A stretch of 64,000 bases of DNA, taken from the NCBI GenBank assembly GCA_964599285.1, contig CAZREI010000003.1, positions 3,595-67,594 of the forward strand, read 5' to 3'. Shown piece by piece: positions 16,645 to 25,982 of the stretch. How positions within the stretch are numbered: the stretch's first letter is position 1; the number at the start of each line of letters is the position of its first letter. The notes under the pieces were generated by a model. That model had not been told where the DNA came from. It ran no database searches and saw nothing but the letters and a program-made list of their open reading frames with translations. The translations under genes were made by a program, and so were the position numbers. The DNA is from an uncultured Candidatus Saccharibacteria bacterium. GTDB taxonomy: Bacteria > Patescibacteriota > Minisyncoccia > Minisyncoccales > Staskawiczbacteraceae.

Positions 16645-16645
16645 A

Positions 16646-16778
16646 GCCAGTACCACTATTCGAATGGAGGGGTCGGGAGGGAGGAATCCCTTCCGTGGAG
16701 GAAAACAGTCCCGCGAAGCGGAGACGTTAGAAACCGTGGGTTTCTAAGGAGCGAAGCGACAGAATGGTCGGTACTGGT
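16646..16778 (+). ncRNA. candidate structured RNA or structured repeat (unclassified)
   Basis: A 15-bp closing stem (CCAGUACCACUAUUC / GAAUGGUCGGUACUGG, one bulge) encloses three hairpins. These are GGGAGGGA-GGAA-UCCCUUCC (16675..16694), GUCCCGC-GAA-GCGGAGAC (16708..16725) and UUAGAAACC-GUG-GGUUUCUAA (16727..16747). It is a single copy in this window. Confidence 0.25.
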
Positions 16779-16946
16779 TAAAGAAGAAGCAGGGGTGGCC
16801 AGAAATATGGAACGAAGCTCGGCAATTATTTAAGTCAAAAACTTAGAGACCAAAACCACCATTCGTACAAACGCTGTGCATAAGTGGAGGTGATAATATG
16901 TAGCACATATTGTAGAATAAACGAATAGTATTAATCAGTAAAAAAT

Positions 16947-17564
16947 ATGAATAGACCGGAAAATTTAAATAATAGTGAAGATTTAAATAATAATCAGGAA
17001 TCAGAATTATCGGAAGACGCCCGCATAGAACAGGAAATACAATCAGAGCAGTCGGCGCTTGTTGAAAATGTAAAAGAGCTCGAAGGTGATGTAGATCAAT
17101 TAGAAGAATTGGAAGGAGAGGAAGATCTTTCTACAAAAGCTAAAAATGCTTTAAAAGCAGGACTTGCGGAGCTCAAGGATTTTATACTTGCAAATCCTAC
17201 GATGAATATGTTAAGCAGTGCTGGTATTGCGGGAATAGCGCTTCGCGGAGTTTTTGAGCATTTTAACCAAGGCAAAGACATTAAAGACGTCGCAACTGAA
17301 GCACTTGGTCAATTAGCCGCGTTGGGAATCATTAAATCAGTGGCATATCTTGGGTGGGGAAGAAAAGCACGAATGAAAGAAGTAGAAAAAGCTCAGAAAG
17401 AAGCCGCGGCAGAAGAAGGGGTAGCTACGCAAGAAAATCAAACAGTTTCAGACCAGTCAATAAGTGAATCGGAAGCAGAATTGCCACCAGAAGACACTGA
17501 AAGCGAAATAAAAAAATTGAAAGATGATCTTAATGAGAAATATGATGAGGAAAAAGCAGAATAA
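16947..17564 (+). CDS. hypothetical acidic protein with central hydrophobic segments (205 aa)
   Basis: ORF with E/D-rich termini and two hydrophobic stretches (MLSSAGIAGIAL.., LAALGIIKSVAYLGW). I recognise no family. Confidence 0.5.
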   Translation: MNRPENLNNSEDLNNNQESELSEDARIEQEIQSEQSALVENVKELEGDVDQLEELEGEEDLSTKAKNALKAGLAELKDFILANPTMNMLSSAGIAGIALRGVFEHFNQGKDIKDVATEALGQLAALGIIKSVAYLGWGRKARMKEVEKAQKEAAAEEGVATQENQTVSDQSISESEAELPPEDTESEIKKLKDDLNEKYDEEKAE

Positions 17565-17588
17565 ATGAAATACTAAATTATAAAAATT

Positions 17589-17762
17589 ATGGCTAAAAAA
17601 TTAACAAAAAAAGCAATAAAAGAAGTGTTAGAGAAATTAAATAGAGCAAGTGTTTCTCCAAAAGAAAAACTGAAATTACTAAAAGAAATGAATACCTTTG
17701 TTAAAAAGACAGACAAAATGGTAAAGAGCTTAATTTTAAAAGTAAACAAAGAATCTCGTTAA
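17589..17762 (+). CDS. possible 57-aa lysine-rich protein
   Basis: MAKKLTKKAIKEVLEKLNRASVSPKEKLKLLKEMNTFVKKTDKMVKSLILKVNKESR* is followed by two hairpins. It is below the ORF-track size cutoff. Confidence 0.3.
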   Translation: MAKKLTKKAIKEVLEKLNRASVSPKEKLKLLKEMNTFVKKTDKMVKSLILKVNKESR

Positions 17763-17805
17763 GGAAAAGTACAGATTTTTCCTTATGAAAGAGCATTTTC
17801 AGTTA

Positions 17806-17840
17806 CCCCAAAGAGCACTTTGCTCTCTTGGGGTCTTTTT
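17806..17840 (+). terminator. rho-independent terminator
   Basis: CCCCAAAGAGCA-CTT-TGCTCTCTTGGGG is followed by TCTTTTTC. Confidence 0.65.
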
Positions 17841-17876
17841 CTTTGCTGCTAAATAATCTATAATGACCTAACTATT

Positions 17877-18113
17877 CCTTGAATTACGAAATGCCCGCTT
17901 AAGAAGACTCTTTTTGTCTTTTCCGAGACGGGGCGAATTGGCTGCGGCCAATTGCGCCTCGCGTCTTGACCATCAACGTTGCGATAATCGGCAAAACTTT
18001 CGCCTCCAAATTCGCAATAAATATTTTACGTAGCTTGCTACGTAAAATATTTCTATCAAATTTCTATCTCAAAATTTAGGGAAAATCCTAAAAAGGCATT
18101 TCGTAATTCAAGG
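17877..18113 (+). mobile_element. LH element, copy C (carries a nested insertion of about 80 bp)
   Basis: Perfect 19-bp TIR CCTTGAATTACGAAATGCC / GGCATTTCGTAATTCAAGG. The apex hairpin is identical to copy A. An extra hairpin-rich segment (about 17925..18005) replaces part of the left core. Confidence 0.8.
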
Positions 18114-18140
18114 AACTATTATTAAAATTAATGTAATTAT

Positions 18141-19517
18141 ATGACTCATAGAGAAATGTTAGAAAATAATCCTAGCGAAGAATTAGAAGATGCCCCCGAA
18201 GTAGTATTAGAACAAGAACCTCCGCAACAAACCTTGAGGGAAAAAGCGATACGGTTTAATGAAATAGCAAAACAGGTACGGGAAGCCCGCAAAAACAAAG
18301 AATCAATAGACAAGGATCTTATCAAAGAAGGCGAAACTCTGCACGAAGAATTAATTAGTGAAGGCGTAAGAAAGAAAAAGTTAAGTGAAATGAGGGAAAA
18401 GGAGCAAGGGGTCCCTGAATTGATCGCACAAGAAAAGAAAAAAATAGAAGATATGCCAGAAAGTGAAAGTGAATCAAGCGAAACTGATGATGATTCTTCT
18501 GGGGCATCGGGAGAAAGTAAAGACGGACTTATTAGGGAATTGGCGGGCAAAAGAATTCAGGGCATTATGAATGAATCGCGACTGCCAAACGAAGAATATG
18601 AGAGTACGGTGGGAGTGTATGGCGGCAAAATGAATGTTGGCGAAGACGGAGAAATGGTTTGGGATAGGAGGGGTATTGTTTCAAAAATTGATAAAGCAGG
18701 GGACGCTGTACTAAGAACGTATGATGAGCATGTGGTAAAAGAACCGCTGAAGATGATGTGGCGGCATCCAAAATTGTTTTTGAAAGAAATGTTTGCTCCT
18801 GGAACAAAAAGATACCGGGGAAACAATGCAGAGGTTTTGGAAAATATTGAAAGACTGGGGCTTTCTGATTACTATGGGCCCCATGAAAATGGGATAGAAA
18901 TAAAACAGCCAGATATTTATAAGCACGGTTTAGACCTTCAGGATGTTTATCGGTCAGACCAAATTGAATCTGATGTATTAAAAGAAACTGATCGATTCCA
19001 AGCTTTGGCCGAAGCTTCAAAATATGTTGGCCAAATACATAAAGAGCATGGTGGCATTGGAGAATTACTGGTTTCGGATATTATTTTTTTAGAAGACAAA
19101 GACGGGAAATTGGGAAAACCGTTATTAAATTTGCCGGATATTGTTTTTAATAAAGAAAAGATAACCAGCGAAGTAGACAAAAAAACAACTGACATGTTAG
19201 ATTTTTTATGTAGCGTTTTTGGAGAAGAATACCGAAGGTCCCAAAATTTAGAAGACGTTGACAAGGCGTTAGATGCAATTGTAGAAAATTACGGAGATAA
19301 AAATATTATTTCACTGGTAGAGTCTTTTGTAAAAAGAGGCAGGCTGACGCTTCAGGGCGACGCAGAGCTTTTAAAACTGCCAAGCACCACAACTAAGCAA
19401 GCGAGAGGAATTTTTTCTCAACACAATAAAGCTAGGTTGGCTTCAAAAAAGGATATTGATGGATTAATGAAAGAGAAAATTGTGGATGCTTGCGAACGAT
19501 TTTTATCAAAAGAATAA
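18141..19517 (+). CDS. hypothetical protein (458 aa), acidic N-terminus, possible degenerate kinase-like C-terminal half
   Basis: The ORF is well separated from its neighbours. HKEHGGIGELLVSDIIFLEDKDGKLGKPLLNLPD loosely resembles the catalytic-loop region of small kinase-fold proteins but lacks the HxD..N signature. Confidence 0.5.
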   Translation: MTHREMLENNPSEELEDAPEVVLEQEPPQQTLREKAIRFNEIAKQVREARKNKESIDKDLIKEGETLHEELISEGVRKKKLSEMREKEQGVPELIAQEKKKIEDMPESESESSETDDDSSGASGESKDGLIRELAGKRIQGIMNESRLPNEEYESTVGVYGGKMNVGEDGEMVWDRRGIVSKIDKAGDAVLRTYDEHVVKEPLKMMWRHPKLFLKEMFAPGTKRYRGNNAEVLENIERLGLSDYYGPHENGIEIKQPDIYKHGLDLQDVYRSDQIESDVLKETDRFQALAEASKYVGQIHKEHGGIGELLVSDIIFLEDKDGKLGKPLLNLPDIVFNKEKITSEVDKKTTDMLDFLCSVFGEEYRRSQNLEDVDKALDAIVENYGDKNIISLVESFVKRGRLTLQGDAELLKLPSTTTKQARGIFSQHNKARLASKKDIDGLMKEKIVDACERFLSKE

Positions 19518-19520
19518 GGT

Positions 19521-20630
19521 ATGGGCTTGCGATACATGGAACCAAAAAAGAAAAAAATCCTTATTTTGTCTATGACGGCTGGATTTGGCCATGTCCGGGC
19601 AGGGGAGGCGCTTTTGGATTATGCCAAAGAACATTTGCCCGAGGCAAGCGCACAGCACGTTGATGTGCTTGACATTGACCCAACTCTTAGAAAATACTCT
19701 TTGAAAATGTATGGACTGGTAAGTAAAAAACTACCGTTGTTGTGGGGAATGTTCTATGAGTCTGGATTGTTATTTTTCGTCGTTAAGAAATTCATGAGTA
19801 TCAGAGCAGCCTTCAACGATAGCATCCCAGCCTATGTGCGCCAAAAAAATCCCGATGCCGTCATCTGCACCAACATTTTTATTTTGCATTTGCTGGGCCG
19901 GTCTGGCCGAGCTTTATTTAAAAATATCCCCTTGGGCGTTGTGGTAACCGATTACCATGGCCATTCCTTTTACCGCGTTGATTGGATTCATTACTATTTT
20001 GTGGCCACGGCCAGCGTCGGTCAGGAATTGGAAGCTATAGGTATTCCCAAAGAAAAAATTGTGGTGACGGGAATTCCCATCAATCCTAAATTTTACGTCA
20101 AAGAAAATATCGGTGAACTGAAAGCAAAATATGGCGTCCAAAACCATTTGCCGGTCGTAGTATTGATAGCTTCGTTTAGCATTTCCGGGCGCCAGTTGCA
20201 AGGTCTTGTGGAAAAATTATTAGGTCTTGATCCGCCAATATATCTGATTGCAATTACCAGCGGCAACCAAAAGTGTTATGATATGCTAAAAAATAATGTT
20301 GGCGGACACGAGCGGTTTTTGCTGGTCAACTGGACAAACGAAATAGAAGAATATATAAAAATAGCAGACGTGGTGATAAGCAAAGCCGGAGGACTGACGG
20401 TTTCTGAATGCCTTGCCCTGCAAACACCGATGATTATTTTCAATCCTATTCCCGGGCAAGAAGAACATAACGTCGAATTTTTGGAAAAAAATAATTTTGG
20501 CAAACAGGCGGCTGACGTGGATAGAATTATTAACCTGGTCCCAGGCATGATAGCAAAGGCTCATAGTAGCCCTCTACCGCTTTTTGAAGTCACAAATCCT
20601 TGCGAGAAAATATTCAGTGTATTAATTTGA
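19521..20630 (+). CDS. GT28 glycosyltransferase (MGDG synthase / UgtP-like diacylglycerol glycosyltransferase)
   Basis: ILILSMTAGFGHVRAGEAL (N-terminal G-loop) and ADVVISKAGGLTVSECLALQTPMIIFNPIPGQEEHN (C-terminal donor site). It starts 3 nt after the upstream gene. Confidence 0.8.
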   Translation: MGLRYMEPKKKKILILSMTAGFGHVRAGEALLDYAKEHLPEASAQHVDVLDIDPTLRKYSLKMYGLVSKKLPLLWGMFYESGLLFFVVKKFMSIRAAFNDSIPAYVRQKNPDAVICTNIFILHLLGRSGRALFKNIPLGVVVTDYHGHSFYRVDWIHYYFVATASVGQELEAIGIPKEKIVVTGIPINPKFYVKENIGELKAKYGVQNHLPVVVLIASFSISGRQLQGLVEKLLGLDPPIYLIAITSGNQKCYDMLKNNVGGHERFLLVNWTNEIEEYIKIADVVISKAGGLTVSECLALQTPMIIFNPIPGQEEHNVEFLEKNNFGKQAADVDRIINLVPGMIAKAHSSPLPLFEVTNPCEKIFSVLI

Positions 20631-20808
20631 AATTTACAATTTGAAATTTGAAATCAATTTGAAATGATTGAATTTGAAATTTGAAAATGTTACGTTCTCG
20701 TCATTGCGAGGAGCGTAGCGACGTGGCAATCTACAGTTTTCAAATTTAGACATTTAAATATTCACTTTTTGATTTCAAATTTAAAATTTAAAATTTCAAA
20801 TTTACAAT
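20627..20808. repeat. arm-core-arm element (AATTTGAAAT arms, CAT core at 20700..20732)
   Basis: The left arm has TTTGAAAT words and the right arm ATTTCAAA words. The centre is GTCATTGCGAGGAGCGTAGCGACGTGGCAATCT. It fills the whole gap between GT28 and htrA. Confidence 0.8.
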
Positions 20809-20810
20809 CT

Positions 20811-22169
20811 ATGTACGATCTTCCATCATTCAACTCCAAGCATTTTAAGGCCAAAACCAAAAAAGTCATCCAAAACAAGGCTTTGCAGTCGGTCGGGGCG
20901 GCAGTTGTTTTGTCAATTTTGCTTTTTTATTGGCTGCAATGGTATGCGGTTGGTTTTTGGCACAATCAAACCGATGCCATGATAAAAAGTATTCAGCATG
21001 ACTTCGCGCAAGTCCAACTGCCAACGCAGCAGCTGCCGCTGTTAAATACCGCGCCGCCTGAACAAAAGTATACTTCTCAAATTTCCTACGAGCAAGCCAT
21101 CATTGATTCGGTCAAAAGCGCATCGCCATCGGTGGTGAGTATTGTCATTTCCAAAAATTTGCCGGTCTATGAACAGCAGTATGTCAACCCATTTGAAGGT
21201 CTTCTGCCGCCCGATAACGGCTTTGGTTTTGGATCTCCGTTTAATATCCAAATTCCTCAAAATGTCCAGAAGGGAACCAAGTACCAGGAAGTCGGCGCCG
21301 GGTCGGGATTCATTGTCACCCAGGACGGCCTGGTGCTGACCAACAAGCACGTGGTTTCCGACAAAGCCGCCGATTACACCGTGGTCACCAATGACGGCAA
21401 AAAGTATTCAGCTAAAGTGTTGGCGCTGGACCCGGTGCAGGATTTGGCTATTATAAAAATTCAGATTCCTTCGACTAGTTCAGGGCAAGCAGCTATTTTT
21501 CCGGCCATCAAAATCGGTGACTCATCGGGCATCCAGATTGGCCAGGGCGCCATTGCTATTGGCAACGCGCTGGGCCAGTTTTCCAATACGGTTTCAGTGG
21601 GGGTGGTTTCCGGTTTGGGCAGGACAGTGTCGGCGTCGGGTAGCCAGGGATTTTCCGAAACACTGGAAGGCATCATCCAGACCGACGCGGCCATCAACCC
21701 CGGAAACTCTGGCGGTCCGCTGATTAACTTGAAAGGCGAAGTCATTGGCATCAACACTGCCATGGCCGACAACGCCCAATCTATTGGATTTGCCATTCCC
21801 ATTAACATTGCCAAAAAAGACATCAGTCAAATTATCAAAACCAACACCATTATTTATCCGTTTTTGGGCGTGCGCTATGTTCTGATTGATGACGCGGTAA
21901 AACAAAAGTATCACTTGTCGGTTGATGCTGGCGCGCTGGTTTTGCCCAGCGACGATGGCCAGCCGGCGGTAACAGCCGGGTCGGCTGCAGAAAAAGCCGG
22001 CATCAAAGAAAAAGACATCATTGAGGAATTTAACGGTGAAAAGATTACGCCGGACAACTCCATGCAAAAAATCATAGCCAAGTACAACCCGGGAGACAAA
22101 GTCACCCTAAAAATCCTGCGCCAAGGAAAAGAAATAACCGTGGAAGTAACCCTGGGTACTCGGAGCTAA
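20811..22169 (+). CDS. htrA: HtrA/DegP-family serine protease with PDZ domain
   Basis: Carries TNKHV (His), DLAIIKI (Asp), GNSGGPLIN (Ser) and a C-terminal PDZ (GSAAEKAGIKEKDII). The start is taken at ATG 20811 because the upstream part of the track ORF is repeat sequence. Confidence 0.9.
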   Translation: MYDLPSFNSKHFKAKTKKVIQNKALQSVGAAVVLSILLFYWLQWYAVGFWHNQTDAMIKSIQHDFAQVQLPTQQLPLLNTAPPEQKYTSQISYEQAIIDSVKSASPSVVSIVISKNLPVYEQQYVNPFEGLLPPDNGFGFGSPFNIQIPQNVQKGTKYQEVGAGSGFIVTQDGLVLTNKHVVSDKAADYTVVTNDGKKYSAKVLALDPVQDLAIIKIQIPSTSSGQAAIFPAIKIGDSSGIQIGQGAIAIGNALGQFSNTVSVGVVSGLGRTVSASGSQGFSETLEGIIQTDAAINPGNSGGPLINLKGEVIGINTAMADNAQSIGFAIPINIAKKDISQIIKTNTIIYPFLGVRYVLIDDAVKQKYHLSVDAGALVLPSDDGQPAVTAGSAAEKAGIKEKDIIEEFNGEKITPDNSMQKIIAKYNPGDKVTLKILRQGKEITVEVTLGTRS

Positions 22170-22224
22170 ACTGAAAGAAAAAGTTTTTCAGAACGTCTAA
22201 CCCATTGACAGCGGTATATCGTAT

Positions 22225-22599
22225 ATGATATATAAGAAAGAGGGAGAGTATAGAGCTAGTTTTTATAAAGACAAGAATGGGAAGAGTTCTGTTTTGGAGT
22301 ATATGTTTAATCTTCCTAAAAAAGAACGATTTAAAATTGAAAAATATATTGAGTTTTTAAGAGTGAACGAAGGTGTTTTGGATGAGCCGTATTCAAAACA
22401 TATTACAGGAAAAATAAGAGAATTGCGTGTGGATTTTGGTAAAAACCGGCATAGAATTTTTTATTTTACTTTTATCAACAGAAATATTGTTTTTCTTCAT
22501 GCTTTTCTCAAAAAAACTCCCAAAACACCTATGGGGGAAATAAAAAATGCAGAAGACGTATACTATAGTGTTATTAACAATCCAAAAGCTTATGAATAA
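22225..22599 (+). CDS. RelE/ParE-superfamily toxin (Gp49/HigB-like)
   Basis: The pattern RELRVDFGKNRHRIFYFTFINRNIVFLHAFLKKTPKTP is typical of Gp49-like toxins. It overlaps the downstream HTH gene by 8 bp. Confidence 0.75.
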   Translation: MIYKKEGEYRASFYKDKNGKSSVLEYMFNLPKKERFKIEKYIEFLRVNEGVLDEPYSKHITGKIRELRVDFGKNRHRIFYFTFINRNIVFLHAFLKKTPKTPMGEIKNAEDVYYSVINNPKAYE

Positions 22600-22891
22600 A
22601 AATAAAAAAAATAGTGTATTTATTGATTTTGACGATGTTTTGAAGGAGGAAATGAAAGACCCGGAATTTAAGAAATATTACGATTATTACGGCAAGCAAC
22701 TGGAAATTGCTTACCAGATTTTGCAGTTAAGGAAAAAGAAAAAAATTTCCCAAGCCCAGCTGGCAAAAAAGATCGGCACCAAGCAAAGCAACGTTGCCAG
22801 GATGGAAGCAGGCCAGCAAAACTTTTCTATTGATACGCTTGAAAAAATAGCGCAAGCTCTTGGTTCAGATTTAAAAATAGTGTTTTCGTAA
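22592..22891 (+). CDS. XRE-family HTH antitoxin (HigA-like)
   Basis: HTH ISQAQLAKKIGTKQSNVARMEAG. The ATG at 22592 overlaps the toxin stop. Confidence 0.8.
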   Translation: MNKNKKNSVFIDFDDVLKEEMKDPEFKKYYDYYGKQLEIAYQILQLRKKKKISQAQLAKKIGTKQSNVARMEAGQQNFSIDTLEKIAQALGSDLKIVFS

Positions 22892-22912
22892 AGCCCAACG
22901 ATCAATAAAATT

Positions 22913-22937
22913 TCCACGCCTTTATCGTGGATTTTTT
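22913..22937 (+). terminator. rho-independent terminator
   Basis: TCCACG-CCTTTAT-CGTGGA is followed by TTTTTTG. Confidence 0.55.
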
Positions 22938-22949
22938 GTTGTGTGTTAC

Positions 22950-22978
22950 TTGATTTTTGGGGTGTTTTGGCTTAGAAT
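22950..22978 (+). promoter_or_regulatory. sigma70-like promoter upstream of clpB
   Basis: TTGATT-17 nt-TAGAAT lies about 140 nt upstream of the clpB ATG. Confidence 0.4.
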
Positions 22979-23118
22979 GAAACTAAATTTACTGATTTGG
23001 CGTATGATTGGTGTATAAGCAGATACTCGCAATTGCGTCAAATATTGTAGAAAAACTTTTAACATTTTAAAATTTTTGCCGCGCACCGAATGCGTGCGGC
23101 AAAACAACATAACATTTT

Positions 23119-25818
23119 ATGAACGGAAGCGGTGCAAATTTTACTAACAAGGCGCAGGATGCCATTTTATCGGCACAATCCATCGCGCAGGACAAGGGGC
23201 AGCAGCAAATTGATGCCCTGCATTTGCTTTACGCGCTTTTGGTGCAAGAAGGGTCGCTGGTCATTACCCTATTACAAAAGTTGGGAGTAGATGTGGACGT
23301 CTTAAAAAAGAAAACCGAAAGCCAAATTTCCAAAATTTCCACTATTTTAACGCCAACCGCCTTTGGCCAATTTTACTTGACCCAGGACATGGCCAAAGTG
23401 CTGGATAAAGCGCGCCAGGAAGCCTCAAACATGCAGGACGAATTTATTTCGGTGGAGCATTTGTTCTTGGCACTGCTGGATCAAAAATCTATGGCTAGGG
23501 ATGTTTTGGAAAAAACGACGGTGTTTGGCGCGGGTTCAGATACAAAAAGTTCAAAATTAGATTACGACAGTGTGTTAAAAGTGCTCTCGCAAGTTCGCGG
23601 TGGCCAGCGCATCACTGACCCGGAGCCCGAATCCAAGTACCAGGTCATAGAAAAATATACCCGAAACTTAACCGATTTGGCGGCCAGCGGAAAAATTGAC
23701 CCGATCATCGGCCGCGATAACGAAATCCGTAGGCTGATGCAGATTATTTCCCGCCGAACCAAAAATAATCCGGTATTGATTGGCGAAGCCGGCGTGGGAA
23801 AAACTGCCATTGTGGAAGGGTTTGCCCAAAGAGTAGCGCGAGGAAATGTCCCCGAATTTTTAAAAAACAAGGAAGTCATTTCACTGGATTTGGGAGCCAT
23901 TATCGCCGGCACCAAGTACCGGGGCGAATTTGAAACCAGGATCAAGGCTTTGCTCAAAGAAATTTCCCGGTCAGCCGGCAAATACATTTTGTTTATTGAC
24001 GAACTGCACACACTGGTTGGCGCAGGAGCGGCTGAAGGCGCCATTGACGCGTCTAACTTACTAAAACCGGCGCTGGCTCGCGGGGAACTGAAAGCCATTG
24101 GCGCCACAACGCTTAAAGAATACCAAAAGCATATTGAAAAAGACCCGGCCTTGGAGCGGCGCTTCCAGCCCATTTTTGTGCAGGAGCCAACCATTGACGA
24201 TGCTATCGCCATTTTGCGGGGCATCAAAGAAAAATACGAAGTGCACCATGGCGTGCGCATCAAAGACCAGGCCATTAAGGCGGCGGTGGAACTTTCCAGC
24301 CGCTACATTGCCGATCGATTTTTGCCTGACAAGGCAGTGGATTTAATGGACGAGGCAGCTTCGGCATTAAGGTTAGAAATTGAATCCGAACCCCAAGAAC
24401 TGGAAAAATTCCAGGAGGAAATCACCAAGCTGGAAATTGAAAAACAGGCGCTTAAAAAAGAAAAGGATTCGCAAAAGCGCCTAGCAGCCATTGCCAAAGA
24501 GCTGGCCGATATTAAAGAAAGCACCAAGGGTTTGCGGGCCAAGTGGGATGCCGAAAAGGAGTTGATTAACAAAATTAAGGATATCCGCAAGCAAATTGAC
24601 CAGCTTTCTTACCAAACCGACATTGCCCAGCGTGAAGCTAATTTGGAAAAGGTGGCGGAAATAAAATACGGAAAAATCCCGATGTTGTTGAAAGAACAAA
24701 AACAGATAGAACAGAAATTGGTAAAGTTGCAAAAAACCCATCACTTTTTAAAAGAGGAAGTGACCGAAGAAGACGTGGCCCGGGTAGTTTCACGCTGGAC
24801 GGGAATCCCGGTAATGCGTTTGATTACCGAAGAAGCCAAGAAACTGGAAACCATGGAAACCACGTTCAACCGCCGTGTCATCGGCCAAGAAGAAGCTATC
24901 AGCGCCATTTCGCGGGCCATCCGCCGCGCGCGGGCTGGCATTTCTGAAGAAAATAAGCCTCTGGGATCGTTCTTGTTTTTGGGGCCCACGGGCGTTGGCA
25001 AAACCGAAACCGCAAGAGCTCTTGCCGAATTTTTGTTTGACGATGAAAAAGCCATGATTCGTTTGGATATGTCCGAATACATGGAGCGCCACACCGTTTC
25101 CAAAATTATCGGCAGCCCGCCAGGATACGTAGGCTATGAAGAAGCCGGTCAATTGACTGAAAAAGTGCGTCGTCGGCCATACTCGGTGATTTTGCTGGAT
25201 GAAATTGAAAAAGCCCATCCGGAAGTGTTTAACATTTTGCTGCAAATTTTTGAAGACGGCAGGCTGACCGATTCCAAGGGCAGGCTGGTTTCGTTTAAAA
25301 ACACCATTATCATTATGACTTCCAATGTTGGGTCCGACTACATCAGCAAAATGTCGGCTATTGGCTTTTCCACCAAGGAAGACATGCAGGAACGCGAGTC
25401 CATGAAAGACAAAATTTTAAATTCTTTGCGCGACCAGTTTCGCCCGGAATTTTTAAACCGTATTGATGAAATTGTCATTTTCAATTATTTGAAAACCGAT
25501 CAAATTAAAAAGATTGTGGATTTGGAAATGTCAAAAGTGCAAAAGCGCCTGGCTGCCAAGGAAATCAGCATTAAAATTTCGGAAAAAGCCAAGGAATTTT
25601 TGGCTAAGGAAGGTTTTGATCCGAATCTTGGAGCCCGGCCATTAAAGCGCGTTATCCAGCGGCTGATTTTGGATCCGTTGTCTATCAAAATTGTCACCAA
25701 TGAAATCAGCGAGGGCTCGCGCGTGTTGATTGATGAAAAAGGAGGCCAGGTTGTATTTGAAGTTCCGCGGCTTTTGTCCAAGATTGACATGCCAGAGAAA
25801 GTGAGTGCAAAGAAATAG
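23119..25818 (+). CDS. clpB: ATP-dependent disaggregase ClpB
   Basis: The Clp N-domain is followed by two AAA+ modules ([18 protein letters not shown]), a long coiled-coil M-domain between them, and the sensor motif [10 protein letters not shown]. Confidence 0.97.
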   Translation: MNGSGANFTNKAQDAILSAQSIAQDKGQQQIDALHLLYALLVQEGSLVITLLQKLGVDVDVLKKKTESQISKISTILTPTAFGQFYLTQDMAKVLDKARQEASNMQDEFISVEHLFLALLDQKSMARDVLEKTTVFGAGSDTKSSKLDYDSVLKVLSQVRGGQRITDPEPESKYQVIEKYTRNLTDLAASGKIDPIIGRDNEIRRLMQIISRRTKNNPVLIGEAGVGKTAIVEGFAQRVARGNVPEFLKNKEVISLDLGAIIAGTKYRGEFETRIKALLKEISRSAGKYILFIDELHTLVGAGAAEGAIDASNLLKPALARGELKAIGATTLKEYQKHIEKDPALERRFQPIFVQEPTIDDAIAILRGIKEKYEVHHGVRIKDQAIKAAVELSSRYIADRFLPDKAVDLMDEAASALRLEIESEPQELEKFQEEITKLEIEKQALKKEKDSQKRLAAIAKELADIKESTKGLRAKWDAEKELINKIKDIRKQIDQLSYQTDIAQREANLEKVAEIKYGKIPMLLKEQKQIEQKLVKLQKTHHFLKEEVTEEDVARVVSRWTGIPVMRLITEEAKKLETMETTFNRRVIGQEEAISAISRAIRRARAGISEENKPLGSFLFLGPTGVGKTETARALAEFLFDDEKAMIRLDMSEYMERHTVSKIIGSPPGYVGYEEAGQLTEKVRRRPYSVILLDEIEKAHPEVFNILLQIFEDGRLTDSKGRLVSFKNTIIIMTSNVGSDYISKMSAIGFSTKEDMQERESMKDKILNSLRDQFRPEFLNRIDEIVIFNYLKTDQIKKIVDLEMSKVQKRLAAKEISIKISEKAKEFLAKEGFDPNLGARPLKRVIQRLILDPLSIKIVTNEISEGSRVLIDEKGGQVVFEVPRLLSKIDMPEKVSAKK

Positions 25819-25897
25819 CAATCGCGGAATGACGCGGAAATTTACGCGCCCGCCTCTCCTCAACAGCGAGTCGAGGCCGGGGAAAAACGCGGAAAGC

Positions 25898-25919
25898 GGC
25901 GGCGCCCGCGGGCGCCGCC
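25898..25919. terminator. 22-bp perfect GC palindrome after clpB
   Basis: GGCGGCGCCCGCGGGCGCCGCC equals its reverse complement. No T-tract follows. Confidence 0.35.
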
Positions 25920-25937
25920 GATCAATCCACCACCACC

Positions 25938-25965
25938 GTCATTGCGAGGCGCACCGAAGCAATCT
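25938..25965 (+). repeat. CAT-core repeat
   Basis: GTCATTGCGAGGCGCACCGAAGCAATCT is identical to the copy inside secA (60114..60141). Confidence 0.85.
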
Positions 25966-25982
25966 TAGTTGTGTAAATAATA

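Noticed and set aside
16646-16778. RNase P RNA. The strings GGAGGAAAACAGUCC and GACAGAAUGG superficially resemble the P4 strands GAGGAAAGUCC / ACAGAA.
   Set aside because: The element is only about 133 nt. The two strings cannot pair with each other as P4 requires. There is no specificity domain and none of the other conserved regions. I keep it only as an unclassified structured element.
16604-16835. Possible duplication of the glycosidase gene 3' end around the structured element. GAAGAAGC..ATTATTTAA occurs both before the stop (16604..16630) and after the element (16783..16833, reading KEEAGVARNMERSSAII* in the same phase).
   Set aside because: Only 8 and 9 nt match, and the intervening sequences and peptide lengths differ. 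This is compatible with chance in AT-rich DNA.
23020-23104. Heat-shock operator or RNA thermometer in the clpB leader. Candidates were CGCAATTGCG, CGTCAAATATTGTAGAA (versus the CtsR box GGTCAAANANGGTCAAA) and the hairpin TTTGCCGCGCAC..GTGCGGCAAA.
   Set aside because: There is no CIRCE sequence. The CtsR-like match is only about 10/14. The hairpin does not sequester any recognisable Shine-Dalgarno sequence. The evidence is insufficient.
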